This document shows, piece by piece, positions 32,101 to 47,100 of a stretch of 59,768 bases of DNA. The stretch is taken from positions 1 through 59,768 of the forward strand of contig CAZSAD010000006.1 of NCBI GenBank assembly GCA_964604995.1, read 5' to 3'. This DNA comes from an uncultured Methanosarcinales archaeon. Its GTDB lineage: Archaea > Nanobdellota > Nanobdellia > Woesearchaeales > JABMPP01. Below the pieces are notes generated by a model. That model did no database searches. It was not told where the DNA came from and saw only the letters and a list, made by a program, of their open reading frames with translations. Within the stretch, counting starts at the first letter, position 1, and every line of letters begins with the position of its first letter. Position numbers and translations under genes: made by a program.

Positions 32101-35100
32101 TTCCATCTTTATACAATTCAAATTCATATTTTTCAATTCCTGAATACAAATCAGAGCCATCCCATTGCATTTGTAAAAATGTGTAACTGGAGGTTGCATT
32201 TAGAGAATGAGTTGAACTATTTAGGTAAATTAATGTAGACAATTCTTTATCTAATTTTAATGAAATAGTTTTATTTGGATTTTCTATGTTTCCTGCTAAA
32301 TCAACTGCAAAGTAAGTAAGATTTGTATAATTATTTGTATTAATATTAACAAATGCTTGTGAACCTGATACTATTGTAGTCGGGCCATTATTTAATGAAT
32401 AATAAATTGATCCAACTTGTGATAAAGCATCATTTGCAATTATTTGTTGAACAAAATTATAATTATGCCAATTTCCATTTAAAGTATCAATTGAATTACT
32501 AATTGGCGCTTTAGTATCTATCTTAAATACTCTTGAACCAAATGTACCTTTTCTTCCAAATTCATCAACTACTCTAACGCAGAAAAATTGCGAGCCATCT
32601 TGCATACCGAATAAAGTTACATTTGAATTTGCTGTTAAAATATAATTCCCGTTATTTCCATTGCAATTTGTATCATTTGATAGGATATATTCATAATTAA
32701 ATATGGTAGAATAATCCAACCCTGGAACCCAGGTAAATGAAACAGTATTATTTGAACTCCAAGTATTTTGTGAATGTGAACTTGATATTGTTGGTGCAGA
32801 TGGTGGGGTGGTATCAACTGTGAATGTGATTGTTCCGGTTTTTTGATATAATGTAGTTCCTGCAAAATATTTGCAAGTTATTGTATAACTATGTGAACCA
32901 TCTGGAATGGAAGTTAATAATTGAGAGTGATATCTTGCATTAGTAGATGAAAATTGATTTTCAATTCCTGCACCTTCTTTGTATGTACAAATTGCTTTAT
33001 GGTTTGTTTGTACTTGCATTAGTACAGAATTATTTGGCACAATACCATAGGGTTTGCCATTTTCTAGTTTTAAATCTGGATCAAGACTTATATTAAATGT
33101 TACATTGACTAAATTTGCTAAATTGCCAGCTCTATCTTCGCAATTGGCATAATAAATAAATGAAGTACTATCATTAAGATCGTGTAAATCTGGATTGTAA
33201 GTGTCGTTTGTTAGTAAAACTAAACCAAAGTTTCTATTGTCATAGCCAGGGAATTTACTTTCCATCAAATCATAAGAAACTATTTGATCACTATATTTAC
33301 ATCTAACTTGCTCATTGGCTGAAATAACAAAATCAGTTTCTGGATAATCAGTTATTGGACTTGTTTTAGTTGTATCAAAATATTGGATTATTGGAATAGT
33401 ATTATCTATAATTATGTAATATTTATTCATCTGTAAATTACCAAATTCATCAATGCAATTTACATTAATTGTTGTATTGCTTGACGTTAATACTAAACCA
33501 ATTGGATCATTATGAATTAATTTATCTGTAGATGATTGAAGATTTACTATTAAAGTACCAGTTGTTATATTGCATGAGGATTTTTCACTTGTTAAAAAGC
33601 TTAATTTAACAATTTCACTAGTGGTATAAGCAGTATTTGGATCTTGTATTGTTGGGAGAGGATTTAACAAAGTTATTGTTGACCCAATTTTATTGATGTT
33701 TATTTGCTTTGTTGCATTTTCACCAAAGTTATTTGCAAGGTCTTTTCCAGAAACATTTAGTATTGCAATACCTTCAGATACTGTCGAGGTGATTGTTAAA
33801 GTGTAATAATAATTTAAACCTGATTGTGAAGTGTATAGTGCATTGTATTTATTGCCTGATGAATCAATTAGTATAACAGAAGGTGCAAACTGCATAAATT
33901 CAGATGTTTTAATTATTATCGAAATTGCTCCTTGTTTTGCATTGTGTGGAGAGTTTACTGTAAATGTAGGGTTTGTTCTATCTATTGTGAAGGGATATTG
34001 GTAAACTCCATATACCCCATTTAATGCATTAGCTGCACTAATTGTTAAACTATAATCTCCTTCTGAAAGATTATTATTGTTTTGCAATCTAAATCCAAAT
34101 GTTGTATTGGCTGGGTTAGTATATGTTGGAACTAAAGGTAGAGTATTTACACCTTGTTTTAATTCTGCATTAACTGATTTTACTGCTTGAGGGAAAGTTA
34201 AACCAAGTTGTGGCAAGTAAATATTTAAGTTAGTTCCTGCAGTATTAAGTTCTGTTGTTTTGACAGTAAGTCCTAAAGATCTTTCTGTTAATTCAACTTT
34301 TTGTATTGGAATAATTCTTGTATCTACACCAAAGCTCCAAGAAACTAAACTTGTAAGACCTGCATTGTTTGTTGCTTCTAATTGTAAATTATATGTATCA
34401 TGATCAACATTTGGGTCTTGTGACCAAACAGTAAACCAAGTTTCGCCACTTGGTAAAGTGTATGTTAATTTATTTGATGAAGTATTATAAAATAAATTGG
34501 AATTATCAACAACTGTAAATCCAGGTACATTACTTGCTTGCACAAATAGTTTATAATTTTGAATTCCATAATTATCCTCTATAAGTATTTGCGGAGATAC
34601 TTTGGTATCAGAAGTAATTTCAAGATGTGTTGGGTTTAATACTTTTATTTTTGGAGGCCTTGTTACTGATACGCTAAAGCTATCTGTTAACAATGAATTT
34701 ACATTTCCTAAATTATCAATTGCAGTGTATGAAATTGTATGAGTTCCAACAATTGGATTTGCAAAAGTGTATTGGTAGGTATTTACTGCAGATTCTGACA
34801 TGGGATAAGAAACCTCATCTATAATTACATTAACATTACTAATTTTTGAGGTTGCATCATTTGCATATACATAGATATTTGCATTATCACCATATTCTAA
34901 AGTTCTATTGAATAGTGTTGAACTTGCAAGAGCAACTTGTGGAGCTGTTGTATCAGTCATAACATAATAATAAAGTATTCTTTCAGGTCCATAATTTGTA
35001 ATATTTGTAACATTATCAAAATAAATTACTTTTTTAGCTCTTAACTCAATTGTATGATTGCTAAGATCAGTTGTTGTTATCAAAGCATTAAAAGTATAAT

Positions 35101-38100
35101 TTGTAAAACTTGTTAAAGCAATATTAGACCCATCAAATTTGAATGAGGTGATGTTAATTGTTTCTATGCTATTGAAACTAAAATTAAGTTGCAATGAATT
35201 AGTATTATATTTAGATAAAGGTGCAGTGTATTGTGCCTCATTTATTTTAAGAGTTGGTGTTGATGTAACATTATGATTTATTGTAAATCCCGTTACAATA
35301 TAATTGTTATTTCCAGCTAGATCGTATACTGTAAAAGTTACTGGATTAAAACCTTCTGAATATGAAGAACTTGAAGATGGTAAAATGAATTTCAATTGTT
35401 TATTTGCGGAGTTATATACAAAATTAGATGGATATAACAAATAAGTAAATATTCTTCCATTTATTTCTATTTGTGTTTTCGAAAGGTTTAAACCTGAACC
35501 ATCATCTGAAACAGTGAATAATAAGTCAGTCCTATCTTCACTTAATGTTTCATTATAATATGGAGATACAAGTTCTATTGAAGGAGGGGTGGTATCTACT
35601 AACAAATTATATGGACCATTTGCTGGGCCAACTAAACCAACAGAAGTATTTCCAATAAATCCTAATTGCTTATAACCTTCAGATAAATTTAAACTTAAAT
35701 TGAAATAACCACTGGGTTTATCACCTGTGCAAACTTTTATTCTAGTAGAGATTAATTCATTTTCAAGTGGTGTTGATAAATTAATATAATCTGCACTGAA
35801 AAGATTGTCTTTGATTGCTGTTACTTGATAAGTTAGTAAATTAGATTTATTATGATTTTCAAATATAATATTATTATTAACTTGGAACTCTAAAATATTT
35901 GTTACATTTACAATTAAACTTCCAATTGGCGCACTTGCAAATGAAGTTAGATAAGTGCAAGTTGAATCAGACTGTGAAGTTGTACTTGCAATCCAAGTTT
36001 CATCATTGTATGCATTTACAGTTATTCCCAATATTCCTATTGTCCCATAAACATTTAAAATATGAGTATTCAAAATAGTTGGCAATGGTATGAGGTATGG
36101 CCTTGATGGAACATCGGTAACCAAGTTAACTGAAAGAGAATTAGAAAGTTTAGAATTACTAAAATTATCAATTGCATTTACTGCAAATGAATGCAATCCT
36201 TGAGGCAGACCTGCTAGAGGATAATTTATTGAGAAGTTTCCATTTTCAGTATGAACTCCCCAATTTCTTGGAGAACCATCAAGATATATAATTAAATTGC
36301 TATTTGACTCAACTTTTCCATTGATGGAAATAGTTGTTGGTCCAACAGTTCCGGTTATACTATTATTAGATATTAGATTTCCCAAAGAATCAGTGATATT
36401 TGTAATTTCTATTGGACTAACATCTAAATCAACATTGAATGTTATTGTTTCTGATGAAATAGAAACTGGAGGAATTAATTTAGTACAAACAACCTGGATA
36501 TTTTTTGATTCACCATTTACTAGATTAGTTATTGTTTTTGTATGATGATAATTATTAGTTGTATCAAAACTACCATAATCATAGGAGGTGCAAATTGCAG
36601 TTTTATCTGTATCAACATACAATTGAACAGTATTAGATCCCCCAACTGTTCCTGATGGACCATAATCAGAGATTACTAATCCTTCAATATTAACTGTAAA
36701 ATTAGTTGTGTTAAATTTAGAAACCAAATTTCCAAGATAATCTTCACATGCAACATAAAAAGTCCAAGGCGCATTATTATATCCTGATGGACCATATTGT
36801 TTAAGAACTGAATCTAAATTATATGTAAAAAATGTTCCATAATTTTCTGATAGATAAATCATATTATTATCATAGAAGTTTCGTAAATCATTTTGATTAC
36901 TTTGATTAGGCATTTGAAGAGCAGATGTTGCTAGATTTCCATAGAATTTACATTTACCAAATTCACTTTCTTGCACAACTAAATCTGCAATGTGATTAGT
37001 ATTGGGGTCTGCAAGATATTTTATTACAGTATTGTGCAATGGCAGAATTGAAACTATGTATGGTTTTTTATTATCCAAATAAATTTTAATTGTTGTAAGA
37101 TTCCAATTTTTTGCAGTATCTGAACAATTGAAAGTGTAGTCTCTTCCTAATTCAGTTGGATTAAATTCCCAGGAATTAAAATTTGCTGTGAAAGTATTTT
37201 GACCAAGATTTAGTATTGTAAATCCTATTGGTGGAGCTGGTGAAAATATTGAACAAGTTGCTTGCTCACTTGTATTGAAGGTCAAACTTAAAATTTGAGT
37301 TGTATCCAACATTGATAAATTAGTTAATGCACTATTAGATCCATTTAATTTGCCAGGATTTAAACTTACAAAACTTAATTTTGGAGGGGATGTATCTTTA
37401 ACAGTAAAAGAACCATTTATTGAATTGTTAAAATTACCAAGAGTATCATTTGCAAATATTGTAAATGTGTGTAAACCAAGTGATGGCGAAGAAATTGTTA
37501 AATTATAAATTCCAGATGCAACAAATGACATAACAAATTCATTTAAACCAGATTTAGCAATAACAGTTTGCACATCTGAAATTGTATCATTTACAAATAT
37601 TCTAATTATTGCATTATCCAAATATTCTACTGGATTAGTTATTGAAATAATTTTAACTTGTGGAGGAGTTGTATCTGTTAATATATGAAATACTGATTTT
37701 TTCTCTGGACCATAATTATATATTGTAAGGTTATCAGTATAGACAAGTTTTCTTGCAGTTATTTCAACTAGATGATCTTTTTTATCAGTTGTTGTAACAT
37801 CAGCAATAAAAGTGTAAGCAGATGTATTGGTGTATGATATAAATGAACCATCAAATTTCAAACCTGTAATTTTTATTGTTTCAGTGTTGTTGTATGTAAA
37901 ATTAAAATTTAGTTCTGTATTTTTTATTTTTATTCCTAGTCCTAAGTCATATTGTTGTTCATTGACAAAGAGTATTGGTTGTGAAGGGACATCTTTATTT
38001 ATTTCAAAAGTAATGCTATGTGTAGCATTTCTATTTACATTATCAAACACTGTTAAAGAAACTGTATGTGCGCCTTGTGAATATGTTGCAGCATTTGGAA

Positions 38101-41100
38101 GTAAGAAATTTAAGTAATGATTTACAAAATCAAAGCTAAATGATAGTGGATAAGTTGTTTGATTGTAAGAGATTTCATCTATTATGATTATTGTTTTATT
38201 TTTATTTATTCCTGATCCTAAATCATTTAATGAAGCAAAAATAACTGTATTATTTTCACTTAAAATTTCACCCTCTGTTGGATAGGTTATTGTAACTTCA
38301 GGATTTATTGTATCAACTAATATTTGTGGAGTTGAATAATAAGGCCCGATATTTTCTGCTTTATCTATTCCGAGCAATTGTATTGTGTTGTAGCCTTCGT
38401 TTAGTGTAACATTCAAAGTGAAATAACCTGTTGGAATTTCACTTGTACAGTTTTGAATTACTGTATTAACTAAGTTTGATTCAACTGGATTATTAAGAAT
38501 AATATAATCAGTTCCGAAAAGTCCACCACTAAATACTCCTTCTATTTTGTACCTTAACAAGTTATATTGTTTTTTAGCTGGGAATTCTAAATAATTACCA
38601 ACTTTAAATTCATCTTTATTTGTAACATTGACTCTTGTACTATCAGCTAAAGCACTTGCTAGTGAAGTTAAAGTATTACAACTTGAAGTTGAAGTAGATT
38701 CAACTGACACATTATTGGATTCATTTAGATTTACAAATGCAAATACTGTAATGTTTGGTTCATCAATTGTACCATAAATTGTTAGATTTGGTGTTGAGAG
38801 TAATGTTGGTAAAGTCGCAATTGATGGCATTGCTGGTTTGTCTTTGTCTATTAAAAGCGTCAATTCATTAGAAGTATTTGTATTACCAAAAATATCTGTT
38901 GCGTTGACTTTAATTTTATAACTTCCTGATGAAAGAGCATTTAAACTATAAGATGGAGATAGATAATTGTTAAACAATGAAGGGAGTGCAACATTGTTTA
39001 TGATTAATTTAATTATTGAATTATTTTCAACAACACCATTAATTATCAAATCATTTACATTTGTTACTTTAGTAAATGTTGGACTTGAAATTAATTCTCC
39101 TGTTGATGTTGTTATATTGTATATTTGTGGAGATGGAACTACTGCCAAATCTACACTAAATGAGATATTAGCTTCTGCTAGAAGATACATTGAATTTGGC
39201 CCAGATGTAGATAATTCACAAGAAATTTTGTATGTTCTATTTTCATCGTGATTTAAATTAGTGATTAATGCAGTAAAAGTATTTGTACCTAACAATTTCG
39301 TAAAAGTACCTGGTAAATAAGATGGATTAATACTAGTATATGTACAACCTGTAGCATTTTTATCAGTTGTGACAATTAAATTTACAAAATTATTACCACC
39401 AATTGTTCCAGAAGGTGATGTTTGTATTATTCTCATTTGTTGAAGATCTACTGTGAATTTTGTTAAATTGAGATTTTGTACAATATTTCCAACAAAATCT
39501 TCACAACCAACAAAGAAAGTATAACTAGCATTATCTGTTCCAAGATAACCAATTATTGAATCTAAATTTTGTTTTGGATTTAATGAATAAGTATTATCTT
39601 CAAAGAAAGTCATATTATTGTCATAAAATGTTTCGATACCTGCAAGTGTTGGCAAAGGAATATTCACATTTTGTGTTAAATTACCATAATATTTGCAAGT
39701 TGTATTTTCATTTGTAATAATATTCAAATCAGCAATTCTATTTCCACTTGGTCCACTAAAATAACTTATTAAATCACCAGTTTTTGGTGTAATACTTAAT
39801 ATTATAGGTGAAGTAAGATCATTAATTACAGTAATTTGTTTTGCTATTGAATTACCTGATTGATCTATGCAAGTTATTGTATAATATTTTTCTACTCCAT
39901 TTTGTGGGTAATATGTTGAAGTATAATCTTGTAAAATAACAATATGGTCTGATGATGGGAAAAGATCTATTAATACAGGAATTCCAGGAGAAACTAAAGT
40001 GCAAATTGCCAATTCATCTGTAGTTTTTAGATAAAATTCCAATCTATTACTTGAACTAAGAGGTGAATTAATACGTGTATATGCTTTCCAATCTTCTACT
40101 AATTTACCAGGAGTTATATTTGTAAAAATTAAATTAGGTGGAGTTGTATCTGTAATTGTAAAATCAGTATCTATTTGTGCTGATTTACCAAATGCATCAG
40201 ATAAAATTAATGTTGATGTGTGCAATCCATAGTCAAAAGTGTAATTGTATGTAAGATTATTAAAAGTAATATTTACTTGGAATGAAACTGGAGTATTTTG
40301 TGAAGGTGGGTTATTAGATAATTTTTTTGTTTCAATTGATATGCCATCAATTTTTAATTCAACTGTAACATTTGGAGTTGCATCACTAATTTTTGTTGAG
40401 ATTGTAAAATTTTTACCTCTTTCAATATTATCTTCTCCAGATTGATTTTTGATTTCAACTGTATCTGAAACTGGAGGACTATTATCAACTACAAGATTAA
40501 ATGAGTCAGGGAATGGTGAACCAAATGTACCATCGCTAAGATTTCTACCTGCTGTTAATTCAAAAGTATATTCTCCTTCATTTAAGATAGGAGAAGAAGT
40601 TGGCAATGTAAGAATAAATTCAGATGCACTGGTTCCTACTAGATCTGAATAAGAGTGTATTAATGTTGATCCATTTTTTAATTGTGCAGAATATAATTTA
40701 ACAAGCATTGATATGCCATAACTTGCATTAATTATTGGATTAAAACTATTAGTGTATCTTGTTTCTACTTCGCTACTTCTTGCTGGTTTTTGGTCAAATG
40801 AAGGACTAACTGTAAAATATGCATCATCTGGTGCATTTGGATTTACTCCAATTTGCCATTCTGTTAAATTATAATTCCCGGCTTTATCACCTACTTTTAA
40901 TTTTAAATCATAAAATCCATTTAGTAAAGTTGGAATTTCACTATGGTAGTTGAAAGTTATATTACAAAGTGAAGAGTCAATATTACATTTGATGTTACAA
41001 TAAGGTCCAGGTCCTGAAGTAGAACTTGTGCAATTATACCAAGTATCATTGAAATAAAATTTAACTGAAGTTTCATTTATACCTGATTGATTATCATTAT

Positions 41101-44100
41101 CATATGGAGAATCCATAGGAGATGGATAAATATCTGAAAGTGTTACATTAATTGATGTTTTATTATTATTAGTTACTCTATTTTTTGAGGGATAGAAATT
41201 TACAAACTTTGGTGACGAACTGTCATAAATTACTTGCTTTACTTTNNNNNNNNNNAGCCAATTTCCAAATTCATCTTGAGAACGCATCACAAAATAATTA
41301 TTTCCAGGTTTCAAATCAATATTTTTAGATTCAAGATCAAACTTTATCCAGCCTTGTGGATAAGAATCATTCATGAAGAAAACTTTTTGATTAGTTACAA
41401 CATTTGGATTGATGAAGTTAGGTGATACATTTACAAAACCATGCGTTTTTGGAGTTCCTAAAAATGTCACATTGGTTATTTTATAAAATTGACCATCTGG
41501 TAAATTATAAGCATCGTTTTCAAATTTCAAATAAAGAGACTGCCAATTTGCCTCAACGAAAGTGTTGGAATTGTTTATTGGAATTTGATTATTTGGATTT
41601 GCTACAGGATAAAATGTATCAATTGTAGTATTCCAAACAGAAGAGACATTTTTATAACTTAGATTACTATCTATCAAAGACCAAGTGCTTAAATCGTAAG
41701 TGTTTGATAAATTACTTCTTAACAAAGATATATTTATTCCTGGCAAATTATTTGCTTCAGAACCAGTTAGGATTAATTTGGAAGAGTTTGTTATAATTAA
41801 AGAATCTGCTTTAGGATATTTGTATATTGGTGCACCAGGAGATTTTGAATCAAAATAAAAAGTTGCTCCAATAATTGGTATTTTTTCTCCTTCATTATCA
41901 TGCATATCTTTTGCAATAATTTCTACAGTCCCAAATCCTTCATAATCTAATAAAGTATAATCATCAATTAACAGTGTAGTGTTGAAAGTATTATTATTGC
42001 TAAATGTTGGATTGGACAAAGAAATTATTTTGCTATTTATTTTTACTTGAATGATTGGTCTTGTACTTAATCGTTCTGAGCTTTTTACAGTTATTGGATA
42101 AGTTATTCCAAACAGAATTGCTTTTGGATTTTGATTTTGATCATCGGTTATATTAACAATAAATGTAGGCTTTGTTGTATCACTAACATTGAAAATTTGT
42201 GTTATTGTGTTTTTATTATTAAATTTGTCATATGCTGTAAAATTAGCAGTCCAAATTCCTGGTTCTTGATAATAATCACCAACTGTACCAGTAGGTGTAA
42301 AATCAAAAGTGTATGTATAATTTAGTGATATAGCGTTATTAATTGGAACATTAATTGAAAGATTTGCACCATTTGGCATTAGTAATTCAATAAAGAGATT
42401 ATTGTTCTGTCCATCAAAGCCAAAATAAGTGTAATTAGAATCATTAACTATTGCATTGAATGTAATTGGCATACCCCATTCACTAAATGTATTTTGAGAA
42501 TTTCCTATTACTGTTCCTGAATAATTCAAAATAGTTGGATTAACAATATCTGGTCCAATTTTATCAACATATAGATTAACAGGATTACTCTCTCCAATAT
42601 TTCCTGATGCATCAACTGCATATGCAATAATCAAATTTTTACCATCAAATAAACCAGATTGATCTGTTGTGTAAATTGTGCCAATTGGTGAATTAACATC
42701 AGCAATTGTTCTATAAGGTGTTCCAACTTCTGGAGAGCTGAAAATTGAAGCATATACACTTTGAATTTGATTGCTACCAAAATCAGTAACATTAATCTCA
42801 ATATAATTTAGTGTGTTTGAGTTAATAACATAATTAGTTTTAGGTACAACAATATTTACTAATGGTGCTGAAGAATCAACTAAAATATGGTAACATGTAG
42901 GGTTACCATTTGACTCATTTGTTTCTGTGTTGTTTATTCTATCTACAGAACGCATACAAATGTTAGTTGTAAGAGTAATTGATACATTTAATTTTGATGA
43001 TGAATGATTAATTAATATATTAGGCTCACAAATAGTTGTATCATTGATACAATACAATGTATAATTCCATTTTGCTTCTCCTGGAAGATTAGTATTATGA
43101 GATTCAAGAGGAGGATCTATTGCATTAATTCTTAATTCTTGTAATTCACTTGGTTTGTACCATCTTGTTTCATTGAAAGATTGCCAAGATTGATTTTGAT
43201 AAATTTCTAAATAACTTGCTGGAGCGTAAGTATCAATTCCAAATATAAAAGAAGTTGAACTTATTGCTGCAGGATTCAAATTGGATTTGCATTTTGCAAG
43301 GTATAAATAATTGCCATCACTTAATGTTATTGAATCACTTGTATGATTGATATAAAGGCCATAAGTTGCATCTGTTCCATTAGTTTGATTTGTGAATGGT
43401 ACCCAATCAATTTCATTATTGCTATATTCACACGAAATATCTCTTCCTGTTTTTAATTTGAGATTTATTGTATTGTTATTGTAAATATTATTTAATCTTT
43501 CAGGATCATCTTGTAATGATGTAATATTGCTGTCTGGCCATTGTTCTAAAATATATTGCAATCCATTTACTCTTATTACTTGAGATAATTGATTGTCATT
43601 ACCATATTTATCTGTGCAATTTACTGTTAAAGTATAGGCATTATCTGCTACATTTGTGAAATTTTCAATAAATTGATTTTTTAAAACTCTCCCTTTGAAA
43701 ATGTCCCATTTAATACCATTTGAGGGGGTAAAGTTTGTAACATTGCAAACAGAGGGATTATTTTGATCTGTTGTAATATAGATTGATAAATTTGAGAGTA
43801 ATGTTACATTGCTATTATTTACTGCATATGAACTTATTATGATTTCTGGACCAATTGTATCAATAAATATGGGCTCAGTTTTTAGCTCTTCGATATTATG
43901 AATTGGATCAGTTGTAAAATATTTTAATTTTACAGGCCCTTGTGAAATGTCTTCAACTAATGACAAACCTTTGTCTGCCATTACGTCATCTGGTAAAATT
44001 AAAGTTCTTGTTATTTTGAAATTGTTAGATAAAATGCTATCAACATCAAATGTTCTGTTACTACAAGGATAGGTATTTTCATCTACATTGAATGGAATTA

Positions 44101-47100
44101 AACAATATTGTGTTTGATTTCTATCAAAATTTATTGAAGGATAAGTTATTGTTGCTTCATCTATTGAAAAATCAACATTTTGAGAATATTTGTTTACACA
44201 ATTTTGGGTTGTACTAATTGGGCCCATACACTTTGGCTTTGTTATTATTGTAGTTACTGGTGCTATTCCATCTTTTTTGCAATTATTGTTTAAAAGAAGA
44301 GTATCGTCAGATAATTTATCATAGCAATCACTGATATTATCATCATTACCATCTTTGTAGCACATGTAACCAAGATTTGAAACATTTCCCCATTTGCATC
44401 TATTGGCAGAACATGCGTCATTGCTGTATTGGAAATTTTCTGTGCTTTGCATATTTATTGAATTAATATTAAATTCTTGTTTAGAATTTACTCCTTCAAC
44501 GCCGCCAATGCAAGATAGTTCATCTTTGAAATCTTCGCATGCTGTATTTGAATTACATTGTGAACATGAATCATTATTATTCTCACTATAACATGCACCC
44601 AATCTTGCACAAATATTTTGATCACACTGCGAATTATCCAATGGAGAATCTGTGGATTTGTTACATCTGTAACATTGATCTACATTAGCGTAATCAACTT
44701 TATAGCATAAACCCTTACCTAATTCTTTTAGATTAGAATAATCATACCATTTACAAATTGAATCTGGACCATAAGGAGAAGTTAATTGTGATAATTTACA
44801 ATTATCAAATTGGCATGCTTCATCTGATTTGTAATCATAACAATTTTTAATATCTCTACAATCAAGACAAGTATCAACTGAAGTGTTGGAATAATCATAA
44901 TAACAATTCATTTCTCTGCCAGTTATACAAGTTGATTGATCGTAGTATAGACCAAATGCTTTTTCTGGAGAAGTATCAATACATTCACTTAGTTGTTTAC
45001 AACTAACTGAGTTATCTGCAGTTATATAACAAGTTTGACTTGAGGGAGAATAGGATGTACAATTTATTAGTATTGAATCAGTTGATATAGTGTTGTTGAA
45101 TTGACATTTAACACCATAAACAAAATCTCTTGCGATTTGTAAACTTGAATTTACACAAAATTGTGATGTCCAACTTTTACCTTCGCATTGCTCTTTGTTT
45201 CCTGTATAAATTCTAGTGTTGCCAATGTTTGAACCTTTAGGAGCAGCTTTATTATTCATGTAAACAGCACTTGCTCCAGTTGAGTATATTGCTTTTATCC
45301 CATATTGATAGAGTGTATTCCATGCTGCTGAGTTATCATCATAAGTATAATTACTAATTGAAGGATTATAATTTATAGTAACAATATGTACTTGGGAAGA
45401 AGGTATAATATTTATTCCTGAAGCATCAACATCATATCTTACAATGTCATAAGATAAAATATCATTGCAAGTTTTATCCCATGTTAAATGTACTTGATTT
45501 TTTCCAGCAATATTGTGAACTCTAAATGAAGTTACATTTGCTAAAACATCTTTACAATTAACTTTTGCTTTAAGAATTATATTAAGTTCATTTGGATTTG
45601 AATTTTCACTGATATTGATTGTTGTAATATTAGTTTCGTAGCCATCTGCTTCTATTGTAAATTCATAAGTTTGATTAATATTAAAATCCCAACCAAATGT
45701 TTTTACAGATGGATCATTTTCTGGAGTTATAAAATCAACTCTTACCCAGGGATTTAGAGGATTTGATAAATATGCAACTACATGTTTTCCAGATGGAAGT
45801 TCTTCATTGGATTCATTTACAACATTGAGTATTATTTTTTTTGTAATAATTGGAGGACAATATTCTAAACTTACACCAGTTGGGCAACAGTAACCAACTG
45901 ATGCTCCACTTGCGAATTTGTTTGTATTTTTTAATTCTCCATTACAATTGCATAATGAATTATTACCTGCTTGTGGTCCATTTAGTAAAGAGGGTAAAGT
46001 ATTATTTGTACTGTTGAAAGGTTCATGTAATTTACAATAAGGAGCTGGCTGACAAAATGTTCCTTTGCATTGATATTGTAAATTAGGATTAGTACAAACT
46101 GTATCATTCCAAATTGATTCACCATCACAACTCCAAGAATATTGACAACAGATATAAGTTGCAGGAGCACCGCAATAATCCCAACATGTTTTTTGTGAAG
46201 AATCGCAACTTAATGTGTAATTATTACCTTGGCCAGTATCTGACGAACAACATGATTTTCCAGCTGTTTCGCATTCAGATTTACAAGCAGGATCACTTGA
46301 ACAAACTGAACAATAATAAGATTTGTTATCTGGGATTTGTAAATTGTAATCTGTGTAAGTTGCAAATGAATTCACTCCTGATTGAAGTTCATCACAAATA
46401 CTATGATTTGTAGAATTAAATTTACAAATATTTGTTGGACAAAATTGACAATATGGGCTAATATAATTGAAAGCTAGTGATGCTGGAAATCCTGTTCTTA
46501 ACATAACTGAAGCTAAATTATCTACTTTGTTGCCATGAATTTGTCCATAACCTGGACCTGTTGAATCGCAATCATCATCAATACCATTACTGCAAAGATT
46601 AGATTCTGTAGCTGCTACTTTATTTATGAGTGCTGGTTCATAAGGACATTTATCAAGCGAATTTGGAACTCCATCTCCGTCCCAGTCATCGTCATAATTA
46701 TATTTTTTAGAACAATTATTTGAGCCTGCACAACAAACTGTGTTTACAGGTGCATCAGGAGTTGGTTGATTATTTGGAGGACCTTGTGTTGAATTGCATT
46801 GTTGATTATTTACATTACAAAAAGAATATTCTGTAAATGCTACACTACAATCAGGGGTAGCTACATTTGATAAATATAACAATTCATTATTAAGAGTTTG
46901 ATTTACAATTATAAAATATGAACTTGCTGTTTCTCCTGATAAAGTTTCAACACTTATTCTATAAGTTCCACTTGTTACATTTTCAATAACAAATTTTCCG
47001 TCTGGAGAAGTTGTTTGTACTTTTCTTACATTATCTAATGTTATCCATCTACCAGGTTTAGGATTGTTAAAAAAATCAATTACAGAACCACTTACATTAA

